This document shows, one piece after another, positions 30,928-40,500 of a stretch of 55,078 bases of DNA (its first letter is position 1; every line of letters starts with the position of its first letter). The stretch lies in the IMG/VR virus record IMGVR_UViG_3300045988_069178; one strand, given 5' to 3'. The stretch is from a virus. The position numbers and the translations under genes were made by a program. The notes below the pieces were generated by a model, which made no database searches, was not told where the DNA came from, and worked only from the letters and a program-made list of their open reading frames with translations.

Positions 30928-31558
30928 TCTCGTCTTCCTCGCTTTCTTCTATTCTACTTACCGAAATTTCATAAGCTGTTCTTATTTCTTCTGTGCCGTC
31001 ATCAAGTTTCTTCGTGTATTCTCTGCTTTGCAATCTTCCCTCAACGTCAACGCGAGTACCCACATCAAGGTTGCCGGTATATCTTGCATTTCTTCCCCAT
31101 GTAATACATGGTATGTAATCTGATTTGCCATATGTACGATTAACCGCAATTAATACATCGGCTATCTCTCTACCTTTAGGCGTTACTCTGTAAACCGGCG
31201 GCTTGCAAATATAACCGCTCAATTTAACATTGTTGTTGAATTCCGGGGCTGATTCACTCTCTTCTTCGACTTCCCGAACATCCCTAGCAAACACCATTAT
31301 TAAAAGTTTGCGTTTATCATCTGATATATGCTTGTTAAAGGTTCTCACCTGCCCCTTAACTGATATTCTTTTATCCACCTGTAAATCTTTGATTTCTACC
31401 AATCTGTCAGATACAATAATTGGTAGCATGTCCTTTTCGGTGCTTTTTCTGGAGCAGCTTAAACGAAAACCGTAGAAATTTTCGCCATAAGTTTTGTGAT
31501 TAAGTTCTGGAGTGCTTGCTATAACTCCGCACAATTCAATTTTGTTATTTTCTATCAT
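30920..31558 (-). CDS. Tandem OB-fold SSB-like protein
   Basis: 212 aa with two OB-like halves. The second half (VKLSGYICKPPVYRVTPKGREIADVLIAVNRTYGKSDYIPCITWGRNARY...VEGRLQSREY) is SSB/PriB-like. Acidic tail. Confidence 0.6.
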   Translation of the reverse strand: MIENNKIELCGVIASTPELNHKTYGENFYGFRLSCSRKSTEKDMLPIIVSDRLVEIKDLQVDKRISVKGQVRTFNKHISDDKRKLLIMVFARDVREVEEESESAPEFNNNVKLSGYICKPPVYRVTPKGREIADVLIAVNRTYGKSDYIPCITWGRNARYTGNLDVGTRVDVEGRLQSREYTKKLDDGTEEIRTAYEISVSRIEESEEDENE

Positions 31559-31559
31559 T

Positions 31560-31697
31560 TTATTTTTCCCCTTTCAATTCTGTTGTACTTACAAATCCGA
31601 CAATCTTGCCGCCATCAATTACTGTATACATGTTTTTCTTTTCAAACATATCAATGCAATCCTGTATTGTTATTTCTCTCTCGTTTACCTGTATCAT
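31560..31697 (-). CDS. Hypothetical protein (45 aa, below cutoff)
   Basis: MIQVNEREITIQDCIDMFEKKNMYTVIDGGKIVGFVSTTELKGEK. ATGA overlap upstream. It fills the gap. Confidence 0.45.
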   Translation of the reverse strand: MIQVNEREITIQDCIDMFEKKNMYTVIDGGKIVGFVSTTELKGEK

Positions 31698-31975
31698 AGC
31701 TTATATCTCTCTTTCATTATTGTAGGCAGTTCGTAGCAGTCGATATAATCGTGAGTGTCTGCTATGTACTTCTTTTTCAGTTTATTTAGTTCACACCCGA
31801 ATTCGTGCCCCAATTGCCCTAAAATATCTCTTACAACCATGTTTCTTAATGGCTCACAATGTTTATTTCTTCCTAAGAGGCAACTTGTTCTTCTACCAAT
31901 GTGCAAAAGAATTTCAAGCTTTTCTACCTCATTAATCTGCTCTCTTTCGCCTTTTTCAGAAATAATAAATATCAA
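31694..31975 (-). CDS. Hypothetical protein
   Basis: 93 aa with a TTG start 10 nt after AGGAG. Confidence 0.5.
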   Translation of the reverse strand: MIFIISEKGEREQINEVEKLEILLHIGRRTSCLLGRNKHCEPLRNMVVRDILGQLGHEFGCELNKLKKKYIADTHDYIDCYELPTIMKERYKL

Positions 31976-31992
31976 TCTGCTAAAACTCCTTT

Positions 31993-32184
31993 CTAATTAA
32001 TAAGCTGAAATATCATTGACACAACAAATAATATTGCTGATAACATCCATAAATATTCAGCTATCCTGCTGTCTCTCTTAGCTTTCTTGTATGGCGCAAT
32101 AGAGACTTCTAACTTGTTTCTTTCTGCTATCAGTTCTTCTACTGATATGCTATACTGTGGTGTTGCTTGTACTTCCTTTTCCAT
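31993..32184 (-). CDS. Small membrane protein
   Basis: 63 aa with a C-terminal TM helix (YLWMLSAILFVVSMIF) and a GGAGG RBS. Confidence 0.55.
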   Translation of the reverse strand: MEKEVQATPQYSISVEELIAERNKLEVSIAPYKKAKRDSRIAEYLWMLSAILFVVSMIFQLIN

Positions 32185-32206
32185 AAAACAATCCTCCGCT
32201 TAATCA

Positions 32207-32896
32207 TCAGCTCTCTAAGTTTATCTGTGCATTGCAATCTTTTATTAACATCATTGTGTTAGTGCTTGGCATCCAGTTTTTAATATATTCAACTGCCTGT
32301 TCATTCTTAAGCCTTGGTGTGTTGGCTCTTGAATTAACATTGAAATAATCCTTGTAATCGTGATTAATTTCTGCAAATACTTTTCTGCTTATTTCCTTGT
32401 AAGCGTTACTGTTTTTACCGCCTAAGATTTTTATTACCCTTGCTGATACTAAGTCATTAAGCACTTTCTGCTGTCCGTAATCAATGTTCATTGTATTTTC
32501 CAACTTAGACACTCTGTCTGACACATCATCTAACATACCTAGCTGTATTCTCATCATTTCCTGTGGGGATAACTTTTTCTGATAACTGCCTGTCTTTCTG
32601 ATTGACGGAAGTACCTCATCCATTACCCAACTTTCAAATTTCTCTGCACTAGGTAATTTTGATTTCATAATAAGTCGGTATAAATCACCCTCATTTATGT
32701 ATGACATCTGCTGAACACCACTAGATGTAGGGGTGTCACGTTTCGTTACTCCCTTGCAATGGTCACTTATTGCCTTGCGTGGGTTTACGTAGCCAAGTGC
32801 TGTTGCTACGTCTGTAGCTACAAAATATGGTTTTCCATCAATTTCTATTGTTCTGATTTCTCCGAACTCTTCATTACTAAAAATCTGTAATTCCAT
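32207..32896 (-). CDS. Bro-N / ORF6C-type antirepressor-like protein
   Basis: 229 aa. FSNEEFGEIRTIEIDGKPYFVATDVATALGY is the Bro-N signature. The C-terminal half is ORF6C-like. Confidence 0.75.
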   Translation of the reverse strand: MELQIFSNEEFGEIRTIEIDGKPYFVATDVATALGYVNPRKAISDHCKGVTKRDTPTSSGVQQMSYINEGDLYRLIMKSKLPSAEKFESWVMDEVLPSIRKTGSYQKKLSPQEMMRIQLGMLDDVSDRVSKLENTMNIDYGQQKVLNDLVSARVIKILGGKNSNAYKEISRKVFAEINHDYKDYFNVNSRANTPRLKNEQAVEYIKNWMPSTNTMMLIKDCNAQINLES

Positions 32897-32960
32897 AAAC
32901 TTCCTTTCTAAATAATTTGTGCTATAATTCTCTTATTCTATTAGGAAAAGAGGTGTAAAT

Positions 32961-33191
32961 ATGTTTCTAAAATTCCAAATAACTTGTACTTGCCACAATA
33001 GATATACTGTTAATGAAAGTGTATCTGCCGACAAGATTATTTGTCCTAACTGTGGTCTTGAATATCCTTACTCTGACAAAGCATTATCTATACTCAAGAC
33101 TGCTAAAGAAATACCTGACAATACATCTTTTGAAGAATGTTGTATTAAGGCTATTTCTGAATTTGAAGATATGAAGAATTGTCAAGAATAA
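32961..33191 (+). CDS. Zinc-ribbon protein (isolated plus-strand gene)
   Basis: 76 aa with an AAGAGGTG RBS and an upstream TGCTATAAT extended -10. CTC...CPNC. Confidence 0.6.
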   Translation: MFLKFQITCTCHNRYTVNESVSADKIICPNCGLEYPYSDKALSILKTAKEIPDNTSFEECCIKAISEFEDMKNCQE

Positions 33192-33378
33192 TCTTCATAT
33201 AATCTAAAAACCCTTTGGCTTCTAAAACGGATAAGTTATGTTGGGCAATTAATGCTTTCGTGTCAGCAATTAATTTGCTTATATCTTGTCCGTTGCAGTG
33301 AAGCCTTTCATAGAAGCAACTTCCCTCTATCGTTTTTGTCATTTCATTTTGGATAGCTTTTCTTGTGACTTCTGCCAT
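33151..33378 (-). CDS. Hypothetical protein
   Basis: 75 aa with an AAGGAG RBS. It converges on and overlaps the plus-strand gene by 41 nt. Confidence 0.55.
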   Translation of the reverse strand: MAEVTRKAIQNEMTKTIEGSCFYERLHCNGQDISKLIADTKALIAQHNLSVLEAKGFLDYMKIILDNSSYLQIQK

Positions 33379-33380
33379 TC

Positions 33381-33524
33381 TTACTCCTTTCTTTCTGTCT
33401 TTTCACTCTCTCTTACCATCGCCATTCCCTCGGCGACACCAAGAATGTAATTTTTCTTGTTATCGTCAAGCTTAGGAATTGTGTCAGACAGCTTACGAAT
33501 AATCTCTTTTTCCTGCTCACTCAT
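33381..33524 (-). CDS. Hypothetical protein (47 aa, below cutoff)
   Basis: MSEQEKEIIRKLSDTIPKLDDNKKNYILGVAEGMAMVRESEKTERKE with a GGGAAGTG RBS. Confidence 0.45.
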   Translation of the reverse strand: MSEQEKEIIRKLSDTIPKLDDNKKNYILGVAEGMAMVRESEKTERKE

Positions 33525-33576
33525 TTAATTCACTTCCCTTCTGTGATATAATGTTTTAAAAACCGGAGGTATTATT

Positions 33577-33969
33577 ATGCTTTTAAAAATTGAAAGAACT
33601 ATTTTGAAAAAAGTATCTTCAAATATAGTTGGCTCCATTGAACTTTCAAAATTCGGTAAATATTCCGGCGAAGATATTTACCAAGCTTTTTTAGATTTAA
33701 AAGAATTAGGCTTTTTCAGAAACGTAGATGTTTCCAATGATAGAACGGTGTTTTCTTATGTTTTATCTGTTAAAGGAAAACACTATAAAGAATATGTTTT
33801 TCTCGAATTTTTAAGAAATATCCTAATCCCTTTTATTGTGGCTCTTGTAACCGCCACGGCTACATATCATTTAGAAAAAGTAGCAGATAGCTATTCCAGT
33901 AGCAGCACCAGCCAAAGCACTTATGAGTTGAACTGCACCGATTATGAACGGCTCGAACTTATTGAGTAA
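33577..33969 (+). CDS. Membrane-anchored protein with N-terminal wHTH-like domain
   Basis: 130 aa with a GGAGGT RBS and a TGATATAAT extended -10. TM helix ILIPFIVALVTATATY. Confidence 0.6.
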   Translation: MLLKIERTILKKVSSNIVGSIELSKFGKYSGEDIYQAFLDLKELGFFRNVDVSNDRTVFSYVLSVKGKHYKEYVFLEFLRNILIPFIVALVTATATYHLEKVADSYSSSSTSQSTYELNCTDYERLELIE

Positions 33970-34016
33970 ATTTCGTTTCTGCCGGTATGTCATTTTTTTC
34001 AAAAGCTCACTTCCTT

Positions 34017-34691
34017 TCATACTGTCAAATACGCTAACTGATTGACTATTGCCAATCGGTCTTTACAATTCTTGTAAATCTCTTTATAATGGAGCTGTTG
34101 GCTGATACCTTCTTCAACTACTTTCAATATGATATTTTCTGTGACGGATAAGTTCGTCAGTTGTTTAGCGGTTGCGGTATCTCTATCAGCCACACCGACA
34201 GTTTTGTTTGCCAGTTTTGAATATGTCATATACAGCATATCAGCGTGTTCGCTTCCCTGCTGTTTGGCATATTCAACTAACTGCTTTAATACATCTGTTT
34301 CAGCTTTTCTCGACAGCTTACCGACTGTTCTTGTTTCAATCCAAGACTGCGACTGTTTTTCTCTGATGTAATTCTCCATCTGATTAAAAGCGTTTATGTA
34401 TTTAAGTTTCCAATCTAACGCTTTCTTTCCGGTAAATCCCATTACCAATAATGAAAAGCCGTCTCGGTTCATAAGGTACATTGGATATTCCTGTTTATTT
34501 TGTGGATGAATGTAACTACTTTTTACAAATAGGGGGTCTCCACCATTTTGGGCACACCCTTTTCCGATTAAATCAGAGTACATTCTTTCTATTTCTGAAA
34601 TCAGCTTGTCATGTCTTTTGCCAAACTTTTCAGCAACCTCCAAACTGTTGCATACAGCTTCATCATGCTCTAAATGTACAAGTTCGTTCAC
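34017..34691 (-). CDS. Rha-family phage regulatory protein
   Basis: 224 aa from GTG 34691 with an AAGAGGTG RBS. AVCNSLEVAEKFGKRHDKLISEI...MNRDGFSLLVMGFTGKKALDWKLKYINAFNQME is typical of Rha. Confidence 0.75.
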   Translation of the reverse strand: MNELVHLEHDEAVCNSLEVAEKFGKRHDKLISEIERMYSDLIGKGCAQNGGDPLFVKSSYIHPQNKQEYPMYLMNRDGFSLLVMGFTGKKALDWKLKYINAFNQMENYIREKQSQSWIETRTVGKLSRKAETDVLKQLVEYAKQQGSEHADMLYMTYSKLANKTVGVADRDTATAKQLTNLSVTENIILKVVEEGISQQLHYKEIYKNCKDRLAIVNQLAYLTV

Positions 34692-34723
34692 GTTCTCACC
34701 TCTTTCCTGTTGATTGTAAAACA

Positions 34724-34752
34724 ATTATATGTCATTAAAAAACATTTGTCAA
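34724..34752 (-). promoter_or_regulatory. Consensus sigma-A promoter (early/lytic, drives rha)
   Basis: Minus strand reads TTGACA-17 nt-TATAAT. It overlaps TCAACA/TGTTGA operator-like half-sites. Confidence 0.7.
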
Positions 34753-34762
34753 CATATTTTTG

Positions 34763-34791
34763 TTGATTTTTTCAACAAGGCGTGATAATAT
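34763..34791 (+). promoter_or_regulatory. Promoter for the repressor gene
   Basis: TTGATT-17 nt-TAATAT. It is interleaved with the inverted repeat TTGTTGA-5 nt-TCAACAA (34760-34778). Confidence 0.55.
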
Positions 34792-34820
34792 AAATTTGCA
34801 GGAAGGAGGTGTGAAAATAA

Positions 34821-35186
34821 ATGAATGAGCGTATTAGGAAGATAAGAAATGCTCTGAATTTGACGCAACAAGAATTTGCTGACAAAATAAAAGTGAAAAG
34901 AAACACTGTTGCAACATACGAAATGGGTAGAAGTATTCCTAGTGATTCAGCTATAGCATTGATATGTAAAGAATTTAACGTCAATGAAGAGTGGCTTCGG
35001 AATGGCATCGGGGAAATGTTCAAATCAAGAACAAGAGAACAAGAGATTGGTGCTTTTGTTAATGAAGTTATGGAATTAAACGATGACAGCTTTGAAAAGA
35101 AGCTTGTTAGTGCGTTGGCAAGGCTTGAACCTAAAGATTGGGAATGTTTGGAAAGCATCGCAAAGAAATTGCTAGACGACAAGTAG
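34821..35186 (+). CDS. XRE-family (CI-like) repressor
   Basis: 121 aa with a GGAGGTG RBS. IRKIRNALNLTQQEFADKIKVKRNTVATYEMGRSIP is a typical HTH_3. Divergent from rha. Confidence 0.85.
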   Translation: MNERIRKIRNALNLTQQEFADKIKVKRNTVATYEMGRSIPSDSAIALICKEFNVNEEWLRNGIGEMFKSRTREQEIGAFVNEVMELNDDSFEKKLVSALARLEPKDWECLESIAKKLLDDK

Positions 35187-35215
35187 AAAAAGAGAGGGTT
35201 ATTCCCTCTCTTTTG
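35187..35215. terminator. Bidirectional intrinsic terminator
   Basis: AAAAGAGAGGG-UUAUU-CCCUCUCUUUU, with A/U tracts on both sides. Confidence 0.75.
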
Positions 35216-35315
35216 TCATGTTATGGATGAATCTGAATATTTGTTCTAATATCCAATTATCCTCTATTTTGTTTATTTTTTCTGTTATTATCCGCTTGTA
35301 ATCCTCATTACTCAT
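35199..35315 (-). CDS. Micro-ORF (38 aa) downstream of a consensus promoter
   Basis: MSNEDYKRIITEKINKIEDNWILEQIFRFIHNMTKERE with an AAGGGG RBS. It ends inside the bidirectional terminator. Confidence 0.35.
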   Translation of the reverse strand: MSNEDYKRIITEKINKIEDNWILEQIFRFIHNMTKERE

Positions 35316-35362
35316 AACTTTGCCCCTTTGAACCCACACATTTATTTAGTAGCGATAGCATG

Positions 35363-35391
35363 ATTATAGAACATATGTTTGATATTGTCAA
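35363..35391 (-). promoter_or_regulatory. Consensus sigma-A promoter facing the repressor gene 3' end
   Basis: Minus strand reads TTGACA-17 nt-TATAAT. Confidence 0.65.
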
Positions 35392-35585
35392 GTATGTAGT
35401 GGCACTGCCAACGCCAATTAAACAGCACCACTACGCCAGAACTTGAAGTGTCTTCTTTTGAAGACATGTTTATTATACATGCTGAATATTAAAATTTCTA
35501 ATATATAACATCGTAAAATTGCGACAGTGTTCGACATTTTGAAAATGGTATGTTATAATGCAAACAAAAAACGGAGGGTTATTTT

Positions 35586-35987
35586 ATGGAAGAAAAGCAA
35601 AAGATAAGCAAAACAAGCATAATTGCCGCAATAGTTTTCTTTGCAATAATTATCGTTGCTGTATTACTGTGTTATTTTAGAGTGTTTAACGATTATCGTT
35701 ACTCTGAAAGTGACAGGAAAATGATAGACAGTGCGATTAAAATTATTGATGATTTTGAAAATGGAACTTTAAGTGCAAAAGAAGCAAGCACTAAAATGGA
35801 GAATTTAACAAATTTGGCAGAAAAACAAGCCGATGATAAAACGCTTTCTGCTACTTTTTCAAGCGTTGAAATATCGCTTTCGCTTTCAGATAATAAGATA
35901 GTATCGCAAGATTCTAAATCTGAATGGCTTAAAAATATAAAAGAACGCCGAGAATCATTTGAGAAAATGTTAAAAGAAAAGAAATAA
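35586..35987 (+). CDS. N-terminally anchored membrane protein (prophage-expressed moron candidate)
   Basis: 133 aa with a GGAGGG RBS and a TGTTATAAT extended -10. TM helix IIAAIVFFAIIIVAVLLCYF. Confidence 0.65.
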   Translation: MEEKQKISKTSIIAAIVFFAIIIVAVLLCYFRVFNDYRYSESDRKMIDSAIKIIDDFENGTLSAKEASTKMENLTNLAEKQADDKTLSATFSSVEISLSLSDNKIVSQDSKSEWLKNIKERRESFEKMLKEKK

Positions 35988-35999
35988 TTTTTTAATTTA

Positions 36000-36035
36000 T
36001 ACAGGTCTTACATTAAAGCAAGACCTGTATTTTTG
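36000..36035. terminator. Bidirectional intrinsic terminator
   Basis: UACAGGUCUU-loop-AAGACCUGUA followed by UUUUU, between convergent genes. Confidence 0.75.
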
Positions 36036-36038
36036 CTT

Positions 36039-37328
36039 TTAAATAAGTTCGCAATCAGTTACATTGACTGCGGCAAACAGTTCTCCGTCATGCACAAGCA
36101 CAACCCTGTCTCCACTTCTTTCTGATACTGTGTATTCATCAAACCAAGCCTTAATAGGTGTGCCGTCATAATCGGTATTGCCGACAAATCTCACTGTGCT
36201 ACCCTCTTCAATATCTCCGCTAAATGGAATATCTGTAGGCGTATCATCAGAACTTGCACCGCCGACAAATTCAAGATTAGCAATATTGACAGCGGCTGTA
36301 ATTGTTGTGCCGATACCTATAACAATCCTGTCTCCGTCCTCTTCAATTACATCATATTCATCGTAATATGTCGCAAATCTCACGCCGTCATAATCAATGT
36401 TATCAAGAACTTTGACTTTCTTGCCGTCACCGCGGTTTACTGTATCTGTGTTAATATCATTGTCATTGTCATAAATGCACTTAACAAGACTAAGATTATC
36501 TTCATCAATAGCAGCAGTAGTTACGCCGTCAACACCGATAACAACTCTTCTGCCGTTAGTTGATAAAACACTGTACTCATCATAATAAGTGCTAAATGGC
36601 TCGCCATTATCGTACTGAATAGCATTAATAACCTTAACTGTATCGCCTTTATGATACTTAGTGTCTGGCACTGGCTCATAGTCTGGTACTGTGATTTCTT
36701 CAACGACATGGTCTGTGCAATAATCAGTGTAGCAATAGTTCTGGTCTACTGTCTGTCCGTTAATCTGTGCGTCTCTAAGATAATTAACACTTCCACCGAA
36801 CTGCCACATATCATAGTCCGTGTCATTTGTAAGCTGTGGCTTTCCACTTGAATAGCTTGCTACCCAAAGGCTGAAACCATCGTTTTTTACTCTCGCAACA
36901 TCTACATAATTATTAAAATGGTTAGCTGACATGTAAAGCCCTACATTTTTAAAGCCAGCCCTTTTAAGTTCATTCATAAATGCAAGCACAATTTCTGTCA
37001 AATCTTTTCCTGTAAGCATGCCACCCTCAACATCGTAAAAAACAGGATAACAAAAAGATTTGTTAGCCAAAATGCTTGCACAATGCCTTGCTTCATTTAC
37101 AGCTTCATCAGTGTTTAAAGCGTTGCCAAAATAATAAGCTCCTTTGTGGATTCCTGCACTTTCCAACTTGTTGTAGCTGTTCTCAAACTCTCTATCTTCG
37201 TATAAGCCATCATCAGCACCGCCTGCTTTGATAATAGCAAAGTCTACACCCTCATTATCCTTTGCACCTTTAAAATCAAAGTCTCCCTGCCATCTTGATG
37301 TGTCGATTCCGAATTTAATCATTTTCAT
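36039..37328 (-). CDS. Endolysin: GH25 muramidase plus three tandem C-terminal binding repeats
   Basis: 429 aa. GIDTSRWQGDFDF...DFAIIKAG...GAYYF is the GH25 signature. It is followed by three ~65-aa repeats (KGDTVKV...YDEYSV..., GKKVKV...YDEYDV..., EGSTVRF...FDEYTV...). Confidence 0.88.
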   Translation of the reverse strand: MKMIKFGIDTSRWQGDFDFKGAKDNEGVDFAIIKAGGADDGLYEDREFENSYNKLESAGIHKGAYYFGNALNTDEAVNEARHCASILANKSFCYPVFYDVEGGMLTGKDLTEIVLAFMNELKRAGFKNVGLYMSANHFNNYVDVARVKNDGFSLWVASYSSGKPQLTNDTDYDMWQFGGSVNYLRDAQINGQTVDQNYCYTDYCTDHVVEEITVPDYEPVPDTKYHKGDTVKVINAIQYDNGEPFSTYYDEYSVLSTNGRRVVIGVDGVTTAAIDEDNLSLVKCIYDNDNDINTDTVNRGDGKKVKVLDNIDYDGVRFATYYDEYDVIEEDGDRIVIGIGTTITAAVNIANLEFVGGASSDDTPTDIPFSGDIEEGSTVRFVGNTDYDGTPIKAWFDEYTVSERSGDRVVLVHDGELFAAVNVTDCELI

Positions 37329-37337
37329 ACCTCGCTT

Positions 37338-37577
37338 TCACTGTAACATTAATTTGTCAACTTCTGCCTTGAATTCTTCATAATCGGCTTCACATGTGCT
37401 CTTATTTGCGACATACAATTCTTTATCATTTATTGTTTGGCTTATAGATGTCGCACCGCTCTCTGTAATATTTGCGGATAAATACATAACCGCAACTTTG
37501 TTTCCGTTCTCTTCAATCATACTTGTTCCCTGTACTGAAATGCTTTTTGTAATACTTAACGTATTTTTTACCTCCAT
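37338..37577 (-). CDS. Hypothetical protein (no TM segment)
   Basis: 79 aa with a weak RBS. It lies between the tail fibre and the endolysin. Confidence 0.45.
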   Translation of the reverse strand: MEVKNTLSITKSISVQGTSMIEENGNKVAVMYLSANITESGATSISQTINDKELYVANKSTCEADYEEFKAEVDKLMLQ

Positions 37578-37594
37578 ATATAATCTGTTTTTGC

Positions 37595-40500
37595 TTATTT
37601 TTCTAATGCTTTAAGCCTGTTGTTCAGGCTTTGCACTGTCGCTATTAAGTCAGCAATAAGTTCGTCATATCTCAAGCCATATCGAGCAGTTAAAAGTTGT
37701 GTTTGCTCGCCTGTCTTGCTGTTGACTTCGGTTTCAATATAGTTTTCGTTGTCAACTTTTTTATCTATAAACAATCCCCAATCACTATCTCCCATTGACT
37801 TTTTAACTTCCTGTGCGATTAAGCCATGATGTAATCTATTAGACGTTCCGTTTTTGAAGCGAAACTCTGACGGAATTAAACTATAGATAAAATGTGCTGA
37901 ATCTTCAATATTAAGAGCCTGAATGTCTTTTTTTACATTTTTGTCTGAAGCAGATATTACATTTCCATGTATATTGCCTTCAACGTAAAGCTCGTATTTC
38001 AACCTCTGCGTGCCATAAACACTAAGTTCGCAATTTCCATATATTGTATTTTCTTGGTTTGTTATTGCAAAATTTGTAAGTCCAGCATTATTAACATAAA
38101 AACATGCACCCTTTTGCCCGTACCCTTTAACATTTCCATAAAATTCAATCCCTAGCTCATCATCTCCATTGACGGTTATTGCACTATCATAAGATGTTGC
38201 AGACACACCTCTTCTTCTTCCAATTTGAACGCGGTCGCCGTCATCGCAAAGAATTGCAATTGCGCCTCTTGCGTCAGATGAATCTTTGCCAATAACTCCG
38301 GCTAAAATTGTGCCAATAAAATTATCCTTTTTAGTCCAGTCATAAAAATCTATGTTCGCTTCATGTATCTCAATTCCTTTACCGCCAATGCTGTGATTTT
38401 TTGTAGATAAATATCCGTCTGGAATATAAGTATATCCATCAGCACGAACATAAAAATCATCTACATATGTCGCCGCCGCTGTCGTGTCTATATGATTAAT
38501 ATTTATAACTTTTGTTGCCGTTGTCGCTGGCTTATTAATTGCAATGCCGTAAAATCCGGCTGAACCACTTAATTTTGTTGAAGAAATATTCCAACCGCCT
38601 ATAGTTCCACCTATGAAATTTACAGTTCCATCCGCCGAGATTTTAGCATTTGTGCTGTCTAAAATAAATCTGTTTGATTTAAGTGTGATAACATCTGCAC
38701 TTGCATTAATTTCGCTTATCAGCTTGTCTTTGTCTATTTTTACCTCTAAGCTAGCCTTTGTGGCATAATTAGAGCTTACAGTTGTTAAAATTGAACTGGC
38801 AGATTGAGTTATAGCAGAGTTCATGGCAGTTACCGTTGCATAATCTGACAAACTTGTTTTAGTTGCGTATGTATTACTCACGCTTGTTTTAAATCCATTC
38901 AAATCCGCCGTCAAAGCTGTAACATTCGCCTGTAAAGCTGTAACTGTGCTTCCGTCTGCTTTTTTGCTTATCTTTGTTGTATTGCTGTTTACGGTTGCGG
39001 TAAGACTTGTAAGTGACTGATTTAAAGTCGTGTACTGATTGCTCACTGTCGTGACTTTTGTATCTATTGTGGAAATTGAACTATCTGTGTCCTCGGGAGC
39101 TGGTGTCCAAGGAGTTGCAAATTCCCCTTCTTCAAATTTGTAGTCCGCGATATATAACTCTGTTCCTGCCGCCGCATTTGACACAGAAAATTCTGTTAAT
39201 TTGCTGAACACATGATTTACAACAACTGTAGTTTTTATCTCAAATTTCTGCCATTCTGTGGAAACATTCACTGTGCTTTTATTGAATCCAGGACTGCTGT
39301 TTCCCCATGTGACAGATATTGCTTTATTCGCTTTTAACAAGCAAGATTGTGTATATACCTTTTTTTGTAAATTCTTTTTGCTTTTTAAGCTTGCAGGAAT
39401 ATCAATGTATGCTCCCTGTGAGCCAGCTTCTACATATGTTATCTTTCGAGCTTTTCCAGAAAGGGTGGCATTATCAACAATAATCTCATCTTTATGAGTT
39501 GTCGTTGTGCTCTGATACCACCCTAAATATAAATTTCCTCTTGTATAACCTGTATTTTGGAAAAGATTTCTTCCGCCGATTTGGAGATTATTCACAGTTG
39601 TATTTATGTCCTGTTGCCAAACCTTGCTTGAAATCTGTCCTTGAACAGCAGTAAGCTGTGTTCCTTGCGTTGTTACAGTATTTTGCAAATTTGTAACATT
39701 CGTAGTCATGTTTTTAAACGCAACATCCAGCGTCTGTTTGTTCGCATCCACATAAATTTTACTGCTTTTCAGTGTATGGCTTCCGTCTTCGTTAATAACC
39801 GTAAAGAGACTTTCTATATCCAGTTTACTTGCCGCGATATTTGCGTTTTCCTTTATCATGTCGTTACGGATAATCTCACGTTGTACGCCGCTTTCAGTTA
39901 AACCCAAAGCGTCAAACATTAAGTTGCCGGATTTATCCCAAACGTACATATTGTAGTCTGAATTAGCGTCTTTACCTATCTGAACCCTCGTAACTTTATT
40001 AGCATCTTTTATCTGTATCGTATTGTCAGTTATATCAAGATTTCCGCTTTCACTTAGAATTTCAACGAGGTTTGTATAAATTTTTCCAGCCGTAATCTTA
40101 TCTGCGGCTATACTTTCTATCATTGCAGATTTAATTTGAGCGTCCCCAATAAGACTTACGACAGAATTAGAAAACTCTGTAGTTAAAGAACCACCAGATG
40201 CAGAGCCAAACATAAGCGTATTGATATTTGCGACTTGAGCTTTTAAATCATCAACATTAAGATTTCGGATTTGCCCCTCGACAACTTCCATTCGTTCTAT
40301 AGAAGCATATAAAAGGTTTGCCTTGTCAACTGTAAGATTATTTACCTTTAAGTAATCAACATCACCTTTTACGGCTGTGAGGTTGGTTATTGTTGCATAG
40401 GTAATCTTGGCTGTATCTACATCTAACTTATTAATTAGTGCCTTATTAACGGTTATCAAGTCGGCATAGTACCGTTCCATCTGCTTTGTTATCGGACCGC

